Below are positions 37,354 through 50,842 of a DNA stretch of 64,000 nt, piece by piece (the first letter of the stretch is position 1; every line of letters starts with the position of its first letter). The DNA is from Macrostomum lignano (lineage: Eukaryota). The translations under genes were made by a program, and so were the position numbers. Below the pieces are notes generated by a model. The model was not told the origin of the DNA. It worked only from the letters and a program-made list of their open reading frames with translations, and ran no database searches. Where the stretch lies: positions 124,001-188,000 of the forward strand of contig NIVC01001880.1 of the NCBI GenBank assembly GCA_002269645.1, given 5' to 3'.

Positions 37354-40300
37354 ATGGCAGCCGAGTCTTCAGCAGCGGAGTCTTCAGACAGTTCGGAAGC
37401 TTCAGAAGCAGATCCCAACACAGAAAACTTTCAACGGCGATTGTTCGCAAAATGTATAACTTTTATATATTTTTGCTACCGCAGTTTCTGATATTCATTT
37501 CATACCTAACACACATCCACTTTGCAGGCCCAGCTCTAAACAAGATTAAGGATAAATTCCGAAAACTGAATATGGAGCAGAAGATGCTGGTGTACCTGCT
37601 ATGCAAAAATCCGAAGGAATCAACGCACCTTGAACTCAAAGAAGCGTTTCCATCCAGCAAAGATAAAGTTTTACGCTCTGCATGCTCAATGTACAATGGG
37701 CTTGACAAAGACATGCGAGAGCCGAGTCTCACAGACAGCCAGCAAGACTCCTCGTACATTGTTTATGGCGTCGAAGAGGACGATAAGAGCAAGCAGAGGG
37801 TCTTCAAACCGTTGAAAAAAGAAACAAAAGACAGCAATATTCAAGATTGGTTTCGCAACTGCACTCGGCCCATGGTTCGCGTTACCTGGCACCTGGTGAA
37901 ATTTGACAGAATGTTCACTTTCCCTATTGCTGATCGAATGGCGGAAATTCCACCAGGAACTTACGCATTGCTGGAAGTTCACACAGGAAGTGTTGGTCCC
38001 ACCAGATACAAAAGCACTGAAAAATCGAGTACGGGTATTTGGCATTTGTACTCGAGAACAGACGCCAGCAATTTACCAGAGGAGAAGATGGACGACAATT
38101 TCAAAGAGGAGCTGAACAGACAGTTTGAGAACAGGTTTGACCATAGTGCACTCAATCCAATCGCTGATGCTCTTCAGGAATACCAGGAGTCGTTTCGAGT
38201 TCTGCTACTGACAGATTTTTCTGATATGAATAACGGTGATATCAGAAATGAAAAAGAAAATTTGATCCAGGCTCTAACTAGGGGCAAATGGAACATCATC
38301 GTTGACTTCGATAAAAAGAGCAGAAAAGCTGGAGGGCATCACCAGTTCATCACTCAGGAAATGGAAGCTCAAGGTCGAAAGTTCTCACTTCATACTCTTC
38401 GTGAGTCAAACACTTCAGATGTTCCTGAAGAAGAATTGAGTCAGTGCAAGCAGGGAAAAATGTGTTTGTACATTCAGGCCGACGGATGCAGTGAACGAGG
38501 GCCGGGGGGAATCAAAGGTCCAAAAAATGGAGAAAAGCTGAAAGATCTGCTGAAATTAAAAGTTTTCGTTCCTGTTTTAGAAAGCGATGGCCCCCAAAAA
38601 CGAGTTTTTTGCTTGGCACTTGTAGCTGGTACGAACAATTCCCCTGCTGAGCTTGATCAAATCCCTAAATTGTTGAAAAAAGCCATTAAATCTGCTAATG
38701 GAGACTCAAGCAAGTTTTATTCCCTAGCTGTGTGTACCAGTGAGTCTGCTAGAAGCAATGTTTTACCGAAACTCTACACAGATCAATTCGAGACGTACAC
38801 GGTACCTGCCAATCAACTCAGTTGCGCTCTCAACTCTCTGTATCCTGAGAAAAATCAGTCATTAACTGAAGAACTTCCGGGGTGTTCCGGCAAGTTCTCC
38901 ATGCCTTGCAGCAGCTACGATTTCGTTGAATTCTTCCACCTTACAGCCGGACGGCCCGAAATGCCTTTGTCGGACCTGTCTGAGGATGATTTTAATGACA
39001 AGAGACAGAAATTTCTGGCAGGAAATGAGCTGACAGCAGAGATGCTGTACTTGCATGATGAAAACCTTTTTAACAAGAGGATGTTCGTCCAGCGTAGTCG
39101 AATCAGTGATCTTGAAGAAGAAGTCAAGAGCGCGCTTGAATACAGCACCATAAGGTCTTTTGAGAATTACGACAACAAACAGCGTTCAATAATCCGATTT
39201 ATGCATCAGCCGGTCTCCGGAGCGACGACTATTTCGCATGTCGTCATGTGGAAATTCCATAAAGAATACCCATGCATCAAAGTGAAGGAAGCAAAAGGTG
39301 AAGACATTGTTGGCAAAGAACTGAGGAAACTGATTTCGGATGTTTACATAAAGGCACAGAAGCCTGTTCTTGTCCTGTTTGACAATGTGGCTGATTATTC
39401 GGCGATAACTCGCTTCATGAGTGAATTGGCCAATTTTCATCCAGCACCAAAACTTGTCGTGCTGCTAGTGGAACGAGTAGTCAGACAGGAAGACTCCGGT
39501 ACTGGATCAGGAAGAAATCAAGTTCTAAAAATGAAGCTTTCTCCTGAGGAAGAAAAACGCTTCGCTAAGCTATATGAGGAAGCTGGTGGAGACATTAAGT
39601 TAATAGATAAAAGCGGAACAGATATCCGCGAGATCTTGAATGACTGCGAGAACAAAAAAACACCATTTCTGTTTGGTATACTGCACTTCCTAGACTATTC
39701 AAAAGTTAACGACATTGTTATTCTTCTGCTAGATAATAGCACTCGAGCTACCGCGAATTTGCTAATTTTTGCTTCCCTCTCAAAGCACTACATTAACTAC
39801 CCAGTTAACCTCGCTATCGCCGCACACTTGCTTGACCTATCGCCCACTCAGGATGAACCCACTGAAGTGCTAAAGAAGCTGGGACTTCATCAGCATCTTC
39901 TAATTCTGCAAAAGGTTAAAGGTGCTTACAACTTTTCGCCGGTTGTTTGTGTAGCTGAAAAAATTATGGAACTCTCCAATCGAAGCGATGACGAAGGTGA
40001 AGGTGAGGACGACGGTCGCTCCAAAGAGCAGAGGCAAGTTTTCTGGTTTGTCCAACAACTCTGCAGGATGGCAGACACAATTGGATTACAGAGTTGCCTT
40101 GGCAACCTCGTCAGACAGCTGACTACGTTTAAACGGGATTCTAATGATCAGTTTAGCAACTTCATGAAATTGCTGTATGAATGTAGTAAGGATGATCTTG
40201 ATGCTTTAAAAGATCTTATACACAAGCTGGCGAGCTCATTTCCTTCACAGAAAGGCCACATTCTGATACACTTGGCTCGCCTGCTCACCTACAAAGAAAA

Positions 40301-41699
40301 ATCATATGACGAATCACTTATCCTGGTTCGAACAGTTCTTGAGCTTGAAACATCAGAGACTTTTTCGGATACTAGAGTCACTGACGCAACGCTGCTCGGT
40401 ATGTCTTCGCACCTCCTCAATTGCAAAATCGATCAGCTTAGTAACGAATCGAATCCTATTGAGTTTAAACAAGTAATCAGCTACGCTTTGAACAGTATTG
40501 AGCTATCAAAGAGATCGCAAGCAAAAACAGGATATTTACACGAAAGCGGCGAAGTAGTGCACAAAGCACATCCGTTTATTGGTGAGATTCAGGCTCAACG
40601 ACGGCTGCTAAAAGCATTCTTCGATCTGGAATGCCATGGAGATGGCAGAGAATTTATCCGAAAAATTCAGGACTTACCGGCAGTCTTGGAAATTAACGGC
40701 GATATTTTACAGAAAATTTTCGCTCTCGAAAGCATGTACAATCGAGGGCAGTTGGAGCTCGGATCGTATTCTTCAAAAGAGCAACTTACATTGGACCGCA
40801 CAAAGAAGGAGTTCATGCAGAGATATTCACACTGCTCGGTGAAAGAGCTGCTGGAGGTCAGTGTAAAGACCGGCTTCCAGTTTGCATGGGTGGCCTTTGA
40901 TTATTATATGTCGCTGCCTTGCATCCGGGCACCTGACGATACCGAAAGTGATCTGACTAACGAAGAAGAGAATTCTGGAGCGAAATCACGTGTAACAATG
41001 TGGGATCGAACTTGGAATGTGAGCAATCTTCCGAGAGAAAAGAAGAAAACACTTCTGAGTAATTTATTGAACTGTCCATCTAAAATGGCGAAGAACTACT
41101 TTGAGATATGCGTCCTGCTCATTCTTTTTAAGGGGCCAACTGATTTTGATCGCGCACAGAAGGTTACGCTTGAGTGGCGCAAGCGATTTGAGTCTGACCA
41201 TCTCGCCCACTTCATGCACGGCACCCTCATGTTGGTGAAATACCTTAAATTACCAGTTGGCGACATGGCCACGAATGCCAAAGAGAGATTGCTGAGGAAC
41301 GCAACGGATTCTCTATCGATTTGCAAAGAAATGATGACTTGTAAGAACCGCCAGCACAAAAAACCAGGATACTATCGTCTTCGTCTTTTTATCACAAGCT
41401 CTGGAGAGCCTCTCAACATTATCAAGTACATGCCGAAGAAGAATACACACGAAGAAGAGAAGGAGCACATTCGGAAGAATAACGGAAGGAGGTTTACCGG
41501 CATCGTCGATGAAGACAGAAGGTTAATTTGCTTCGAATTGAATTCCTGGCGTCTGAATCTACCATCGCAAGATGAGAACAACGCGGAAAAAATGGACGAC
41601 ATGGTTCGGAAGAAAAGCCGAGTGTCCTTCTTTCTTGCGATGGCGTACAGTGGTCTCACTCCGATAGACATTAAGGAGGAGCCGCATCTGAACAATTGA
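37354..41699 (+). CDS. SAMD9/SAMD9L-like STAND NTPase (AlbA_2/Schlafen-like, SIR2-like, NTPase, helical/TPR, OB-fold), ~1423 aa
   Basis: Exon 1 is 37354-37453 (ATG...AAA T|gtataa), followed by a 74-nt intron and exon 2 at 37528-41699 in phase. Motifs ESTHLELKEAF, VLRSACSMYN..IVYGVEED, WNIIVDFDKKSRKAGG, IIRFMHQPVSGATTISHVVMWKFHKEYPC, PVLVLFDN, LKMKLSPEEEKRF and RVSFFLAMAYSGLTPIDI. AATAAA at 41763-41768. Confidence 0.85.
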
Positions 41700-42561
41700 G
41701 TATAGATTAGTCGCTATAAATTTTAGCAAGAATTAAAGCTCGAGAACCATATCTAATTGAGTAATAAACTAAGCGATTGGATTGTTAGCTATAGGTGATT
41801 AGGTAGTCAGATGATTGAGGGAAGCTTAATTTAACTTATTACGTAACCTAGCCAAGGTATTATATTGTTTCTGTCAGGATTCTTATCAATTTCAGTCATT
41901 ATTATTTAGGCTACTACAGAGTGCCGCTTCAAATTCTATAATATCATTGCTTTTTAACCGTTGTTCCTTGATCCCTTTTTCCTTTCTCCCTTTTCGTTTA
42001 TTCGCTAACTATGTAAAAATTAACTGAAGGCGCAGTTTTTATCTCGACATAGGGTACGCTCGTAACTATAATAATAGAGAATTATGTTGATGAAGTTTAG
42101 AGTTTGTACGAGCGTATATTCATTATAACGATAAAGCGGTTAAGCTCATATAAATTTAAATTAATAAGTTAGTTTGTTTCTTACAGGCATGATAGGTTTT
42201 TACTATTTCGCTACGTTTATTTTTAGTGAACTACCTTACTAAACAGGGGATTATTTATATTAATTTGTAGATTATTTTATTATAGCTCGTATTGCAGTAA
42301 AAACCAATGAATTGATTGAATCCTGCACTGAGCGAGTTGAAAATCTTCAAAAACGTTGCTTTAAGTACAATTAAAACAAATAACTAGCTATATTACTTGC
42401 GGCCTTCGGTATAATTTTAAATTTTCCCTAATTACGAACGTACTATTCAGTAGTGATTTTTGTGCATCTTTTAAAAACGATGGTAAAAGGTTATCCAAGT
42501 TTTTGCTTGTGCTAGTAGACTACTTGATTTTTCTGCTATTGTTTTGCAGTGGTTTAAGTAG

Positions 42562-43855
42562 TGTTGTACCCACCAGAATTGCCCCGAGAGCTGTGAATCC
42601 GACTAGGGTAGCAGGGGCTGCCCAGCTGGGACACCCCCAGGTCCCGCCTTACGCCTGTCCCTAACGCTGCGAGAGTTCACAGCCACCCATGGCTGGCGAA
42701 AGTTCACTTGACCGGCCCCTGAATGCTGGGAGAGTTCCCAGCTGCCCCCCCCCGCGCGGCACCCAGACCCAGAAAGACAAAGAAGGCTCGCACCTGTAGT
42801 TCGGTCCCAAAAAACCACCGACTATCTGCGTACCAACCGTCACTTCTTTTTTCTTTTACTGCGACTGACGCGAGCGAGGAACGCAAGGGACGGGGCGGAG
42901 CGGCGACCGCACATTAAATAGCAAGAAAAGGGAGGGGTAAACAGATATAGGCAGACAATTAAATAAAGTACACTTCACCCTGCTGGCCAGCCAATCACAA
43001 GCCGCCTAGCCGGGGAGGGGTGGAGCAAATTGATTTGGCCCCGCACAAAAGACCGGGGGTCTGGGCAGGCTGTAGGCCAGGCTAGGGAGAAGCTCAAGTC
43101 CCCAAACCCCAGCCCAACCCAGAGCGAGGGGGAGAGAGAAAAAAGAGAGAAAAAGTCTGGGAGGGTGGCGCCCTCGCTGACGCAGCACGGCCAACAGTAG
43201 CCATAAGTAGCCGTTTTATGTAGCAATTTTGCTCGTTTTTTATGCCGAGAAAGTTTGATCAATTATGCTTTAAAATTTGAAACCTTTTTAACCTGCGAAA
43301 ATTTTATTATCCTTTGTTGTAAGATAAAGTTACTCCGCAACTGCACTGCTTAAATTTTATAATCTTATCTACGTTACACAATAATTGCACTTGACCCTTA
43401 CCCTTATTCATTCAAGCCTTAAAACAGATGAAAAGTCTCCTTTTATTATTGAACCTTATTTAGCTTTTAGCAGTGTACTTTTATATTTGTAATATTTATT
43501 CTTGGTTTTTATCTGCATGCGTGTGCACCTGCACCTGTAATCCAAATATTATTTAAACTTTACGTGCGCCTACTTATATATAGCTACAGTAGTTGCTTTT
43601 CTAGTTTAGCTTACTCGCTATTTAATTCACTATTTATCTTAATTACCCCTAATTTTATCAAACCAATTATTATATCCTTTTCCTAACAATAAACGCGTCA
43701 AGGACTACTGAGTAGTTGTTAAGCAGTCCTTGAAACGCATTATTTATAACAACTTTTTGCGTCAATAAACTGATGGAAATCAATACATAACTTGTTCCGC
43801 TTTTATTCTGATCTGATTTGATCTGTGTTTTCTGTAGGAAAGACAAGGTGGTGCC
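42562..43855 (+). mobile_element. Candidate 5' LTR (~1.28 kb) followed by a PBS-like motif; internal sequence decays by ~44580
   Basis: TGTTGTACC start and GGAAAGACA end (43845), then TGGTGCC at 43849-43855, 3 nt downstream. AATAAA motifs lie in the distal part. No second LTR or TSD found. Confidence 0.45.
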
Positions 43856-45143
43856 AATGATCTAATAGCAGAACTGAGACGCATCTTATGGGACTGGAGG
43901 GGTGAGCCCATAGCTTCACTTGTGTGGTCCAGCAGGTAAAACGTTTACTGCGCCAGTTGAAGAATCCACATGGCCAGGGGAGTTGTTAGTTGCTACTAAC
44001 CCAAGCCTTATGGACTAAAGACACCGCCAACCCAATATTAGTGGAATCTGGGACGGTGCTAGGACCGAGTCCACCCAGGCCACCACCCAGCAGACAAGTC
44101 CCGGGAGTGCGCGAAAAAGAAAAAATCTTAGGATATTACTAAAAGCGGTCCGAGAGCGGGGAAACCCAGGAGTCTCGGAAATGGCTTAGTTAGTGACTTA
44201 GTTTTGGAGCGAGTCTGGAAGGCTTGTTTCCGAGGGCGAGTCTCCTGTCAGGCAGTGCCTACACTGCCTAGGATACCTACAGGGCTGCAAGCCACAAGGG
44301 TATCACCTATCCAGCTCTATATTGGAGGCCAGGTCAAGGGATCAGGAAGGGGCACAAGGAGCAAGAGGACCCGGACTCAGCCGGTATCCCCGATTCGGGA
44401 CGAACATCCAACCCAGGACTCTAGTCCACTGTCAGGATGAGAGCCGAGACACAAGGGCAGGGAGACAGCCATAGGAGCCGGCAGATGGACCAAGGACAGA
44501 GAAGTAGTGAACTGAGTGTAACTGAGTATTCTTACAGCGGGCAGGGAAAATACCCGATCAAGTCGCATTAAGTATTAAAAGCTTGAGTCTTGTCTCGTAA
44601 ACTAAAAAAATCTTTTTTTTTCATTTTATGCTTCAGCTTAACTTCAGACCAGCTTTGTATGAAATTATTCTGATGCTGCAACATCCAGTATGATATACAT
44701 GTACATGCTATTTGTAAAAATCGTCCTTAACTGAGCTGATGATATAAAAATTATGTGTAAAAATTCTTAAATCGCAATTTGTAATGAGACCGACAGCTAT
44801 TATTGATAAATCTGCAGGTGAAAATTACAGGTAGATAAATGATTGCCTCTTTTTGACTGTAATATTGTAAAGTTTCTTATGCAGAACGAATGGGTGTGAA
44901 AAATTATAAACTAAAATGATTAAAATATCAAAGCCTTAAGAAAAGTTTAGAAAGTGGACCGCTGTGCTGATTTTTCCACATACTTAAATGGTACGCCAGA
45001 TGAAGACGGTTGCTAAAGGCGGAACAGGTGCGTAATTGACTCAGTGATGATACTTAATTCAATATTCTTTAATTTGGTGTTGGTGAGCCGAGACTCCAGA
45101 TTAGCAGGCAGTTTTCTTTCTGAACGGGAGTCACGAGAGCAAA

Positions 45144-48100
45144 TCAGCTGTACACCGGCAGAACTGCATCCGCTCGGGCCCTGCGGCTCAGCTGAGTCTG
45201 AAGTGATGAAGTGCAGTTTGGGTTGATGGTTAAACAGCGGGGCTGCAATTGGATGATCGAAGCTTATCTATAAAAAAAGTTTGTCTCCTTTTCTCAATCC
45301 CACGTCTTCTGCTACCAGTTCCCAACCAAAAGCAGCAAATGCTCAGTTCAGATGCAATTCAATCAACTCACGCTGTGCTCGTAGATGCAGCAGGCGGGCA
45401 CCCAGGCCAGCAGGGACAGCAGCACCACTATGAACACCAGGTTGCAGCGCAGAATGTCACCTTGCGATTGGGTTTAATTAATTGTGCCAATTATCGGCTT
45501 TCAATTACCTCATTTTCAATCACTTAATCACTATTCACTTCACTCCCGTCGAACCGCCCCCCTCACCGAGCGACTCGCCGCTGATTCGACCGACCAGCTG
45601 CCACATCCGCACGGTCAGGCCGCCGCCAGCGAAGTCCGCCACCTCCGGGCAGTCCGGCCTCCGCACAGCCGCGGTCGTGCCATTGTGATGCGGCTCGCAC
45701 GCGTCGCCGTCGCGATCTCCCTGGCAACACTGGCTGCAGGCGTCAGCAGGCAACGGGCAGGAGCAGTCGGTCTTGCCGACCAGCTGGCAGCGGGTGAGGC
45801 AATCGCCGCCAGCGCAGGCGCCGAGTCCGCGCAGGCAGGAGGTGCCGTTGGCAAGCGGCGCAGTCGTCTCCGGTGCGGGACACGCGACCGAGCGGCCGTC
45901 GCACTTGGCGTCCGAGCGGCACGGCCAGAGCGGCTGGGCGCGTCGGCAGACGAAGCCGGGGGCGGCTGGGCGACAGTCGATGCAGCAGGCGGAATTCGCG
46001 TCGCTGCAGGAGGCCCCGGGACGCAGGCGACAGTCCGGGCCGCAGCAGTCATCCCCGGCGGGCCCGGCGTCGCAGTCTTCGCCGACTTCTCGACGGCCGT
46101 TGCCGCAGACCTGGCCAGTCTTGTTGGAGAAGCAGTCGGCCTCTCGACTCTGTGGATCCGCGGTGGAGGGGCTGGAGGGGCTGGCCTGAGCTGCGTAGGG
46201 CATGCTGTATGCTGGCTTTTATGGTATCGCGTGCTCTACACTCTACAAGCCTCGTACGCGTCTGCACTCTGAAAGTACAGCTATGTGCAGTATTTTGAAT
46301 AAATACGGAATAAACAGGAATATGAGCCTAAGGATTTTCACACTCCCAGCCCTGCCAACTCACAGCCAGCACATCGGCGATGGCCTTTCTACTGCAGACG
46401 GACAGCCGGCTGTGGTTGATGTCTTTGCCAGTGACGGCCTTGACGTGCATGAGGAAGTGACCGCCCTGCTGCGGCCCGGGGTTGCACTCGCCAGCCGGAG
46501 GGTCGTGCGCCGCGCCCAGGTTGTGCGCCAGCTCGTGCGCCATCACCAACGTGGCCTGGCGAGTGGAGATGGCTTCGCCTTTGTTGTTGCTGAATGTTGT
46601 CAGCCCGACGTTTCTAGCAACGTACGTATGGCGGCCGTGGATTGAGTAGCTGGGGTTCGAGCAGAGACCTCCGGGCTGGGACCTGAATTGAGTGCCCTGT
46701 GAGGTGAGGTGAGGTGCGAAGGTGAGATGCTTTGCGTTAGAAATAGGATTGGATTGGATTGTCAGGTGGCAATTCACCTGATACGCCAGCCCCAGCAGTC
46801 GCTTCTTCAAGCGCCGAAACGCGACGAGGTGGTTGAGGCAGTGGGCGAACAAGTTTAGGCCGTTTTGCCTGAAGTCGGCGAACGCCTCTAGCAACTGATA
46901 AGCTGAAACCTCCCTGTGGATGTTGGCGTCATTGAAGTGCATCGCCTCGGAGGCCGGCACCGCGGTGGGGCCGGTCATGGCGACCAGGCTGCTCACCTCG
47001 AAGCTGATCGCAGTGAAGTTGACCTCACCGCTGCTGGTTGTGAACACCTGGGATGAATTGTTTCATGATTTTCTAATTCTAAATGCTGGGTCTCACCGAG
47101 TCAAATGGAGAGCTTGAGAACCCCCAGTCTGCACTGGCGCTCACCGAGTTAAAAAATATCCTGTTGGCATCGTCGGTCGCCTTGATGAGAAACTTCAGCG
47201 CTGCCGACACGGAGCCAACATGAGCGACAAAGGCGTGGTCAGCGATCAACTGCAAGCGACAAACTCGACGACGTGTCGAAGATGTCTGCAAATCTGCAGA
47301 CCGACGGTAGCGACGCCAGGAACCTGCGGCTGCCGCTGTCTCCACCAGAGTTTCATTGCCACTTGGGTTGTGCAGTCCACACCAGAACTCCCTGCCAGTT
47401 GTGGTTTATGTAAGGCTACAGAAAAGGCGCCACGCTTTGCTTTTGGTTCAGGTTTACGAAATTTGAGCATATTTTCTAATGCTCCTAAGGACTCACGTAG
47501 AGTTCATGCCGGAATCGTAGTACACCAGAGTGCGGTCCTCAGACTGATTGCCGGTCAGAAGGGAGAGCGGCTGCAAGAGGAATTGGTGCATCAGCAACTG
47601 GCATGACATCAGCTCCGACATCAACAGGTTATCACAGCTGCTCATTGCCTCCTACCTCAATGTTCAACACGTTGAAGTCCGTCTCGTAGACTGTCAGGTG
47701 AAATCGATGCCGGTCGGCGTAGCCGGTGACGCGAGAGCCCGGCTGGTCTGTAAGATTTTATAAAGTACTTTTAATTGAATCTTCGATACCTTAAAAGTTG
47801 AAGTCTAGCGAACTGACCATCGATGTAACCAGTGAAGAAGTCTTCAAGCAGCTCTTTGGTTTTGAGCTCAGATCGGGAGCCATTCTGCGCGATCAATGTG
47901 CTCACGACGGGATGCAGCTGGCTTGCGTAGGAGCGGTCGGGTTTGAGCACCAAATGGAACTGCCTGCATTGGATTTGTGCGAACAATAAAGGTTAGTGCC
48001 ACAATAGGGTGGTGGAACATGCTGAAGCAGCAGTCTGCTCGCACCAACCTGCTGAATGCGACAAAGTGCAGGTGCTGAGTGCGCAGCGCATCCGAGCCCA

Positions 48101-48377
48101 GGCTCCTCCTGCTGACAAGTCTGGCCGGCTGCAGCAGCTCAAACTCGCTCAGCTGGGAGTGCAGATATTCTAAAAAGTGACGTGGATTTTTAAAATCCAT
48201 GGAAAGCAAAGCAAAGCAATGTGCCTGTGAAAGGAGCTGCTTACCGTCTACTGACTGAGGTGATTTCGCACCGTTTACTTGATGAGGCTGCAAAGCTATC
48301 AAGATGCAGAGGTATGCAAGCTGTCCACGTGACGGGAGACTCAAGCCGATCCATTTTCTGTGGCTGTGAGACGCCAT
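45144..48377 (-). CDS. ADAM17: ADAM17/TACE-like membrane metalloprotease, 11 exons
   Basis: Exons 48245-48377, 48049-48169, 47818-47963, 47656-47747, 47497-47570, 47145-47391, 46778-47047, 46364-46696, 45567-46149, 45372-45460 and 45144-45197 are phase-consistent. Hydrophobic leader; pro-domain (LSEFELL, DFFTG, SRV, RTLVY); Cys switch WCGL; furin site RRYRRS; CRLQLIADH; zinc motif HELAHNLGAAHD; Met-turn FLMH; disintegrin VCGNG..EDCD; CSQCC; TM segment NLVFIVVLLSLLAWVP. Confidence 0.9.
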
Positions 48378-48614
48378 TCGCCCAGCGACCGTTCGGTCTG
48401 AGCTCCTCAGCGGGAAAATTATTAACAAACAAATCGCCTTTTTCAAAACCCAAATGAGGTCAATTATTTCTCTAAGAGAACTCCGGCCACAGACAAGTCT
48501 AAAAGCTGTCAAGTGCGCTGCAGCAAGGCCAGAAACTGAAAAAAGCATCACAAAGCGCTTCTCGGGGCTCAAATACATGTATAGAGGTTTGATAGGCTCT
48601 TAAATTACTTCATG

Positions 48615-48733
48615 GATGGGGAGCGGGATGGGGAGCGGGATGGGGAGCGGGATAGAGAGCAGGATGGGGAGTGGGATGGGGAGCGGGATGGGGAGCGGGA
48701 TGGGGAGCGGGATGGGGAGCGGAATGGGGAGTG
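48615..48733. repeat. 12-bp G-rich tandem repeat (GGATGGGGAGCG), ~10 copies
   Basis: Direct repeats about 240 bp upstream of the ADAM17-like ATG. Confidence 0.95.
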
Positions 48734-49152
48734 GAGTTCTGGCTAGGTGAAAGTATGTGAGAAAATTAGGATGCAGATAAATATTGCCAGAAAGCTCTGA
48801 GCAACCAGCTGCTCAATCCGCTGAGTTGTCACTCAACCAAGCCACCCTGTCACTCAACTAATTTTTCATTTCAGACTTCCTGAGTTCCGTACTGAAGCAG
48901 CGGTGGCCGCGTACAGCTGACTACTTTGAGTAATCTTTCGAGCAAATCATTTACTCACCCGAGGAGACATTGAGTAGCAATTTCACACAATACGCAATAC
49001 CGGTATAGCACTATTTTCAATTTTCAGAATTAAGTCGTGCGAATAATTATGAAATCTCATCTCAGTGCAATTAAAAAGTAGCGATTAGCAACTGTGTTTT
49101 AGAATGCGGGAGAATATTTTACTGTCAGTTTACTACTGCAAGTAGACACCAG

Positions 49153-50842
<1,690 letters not shown>

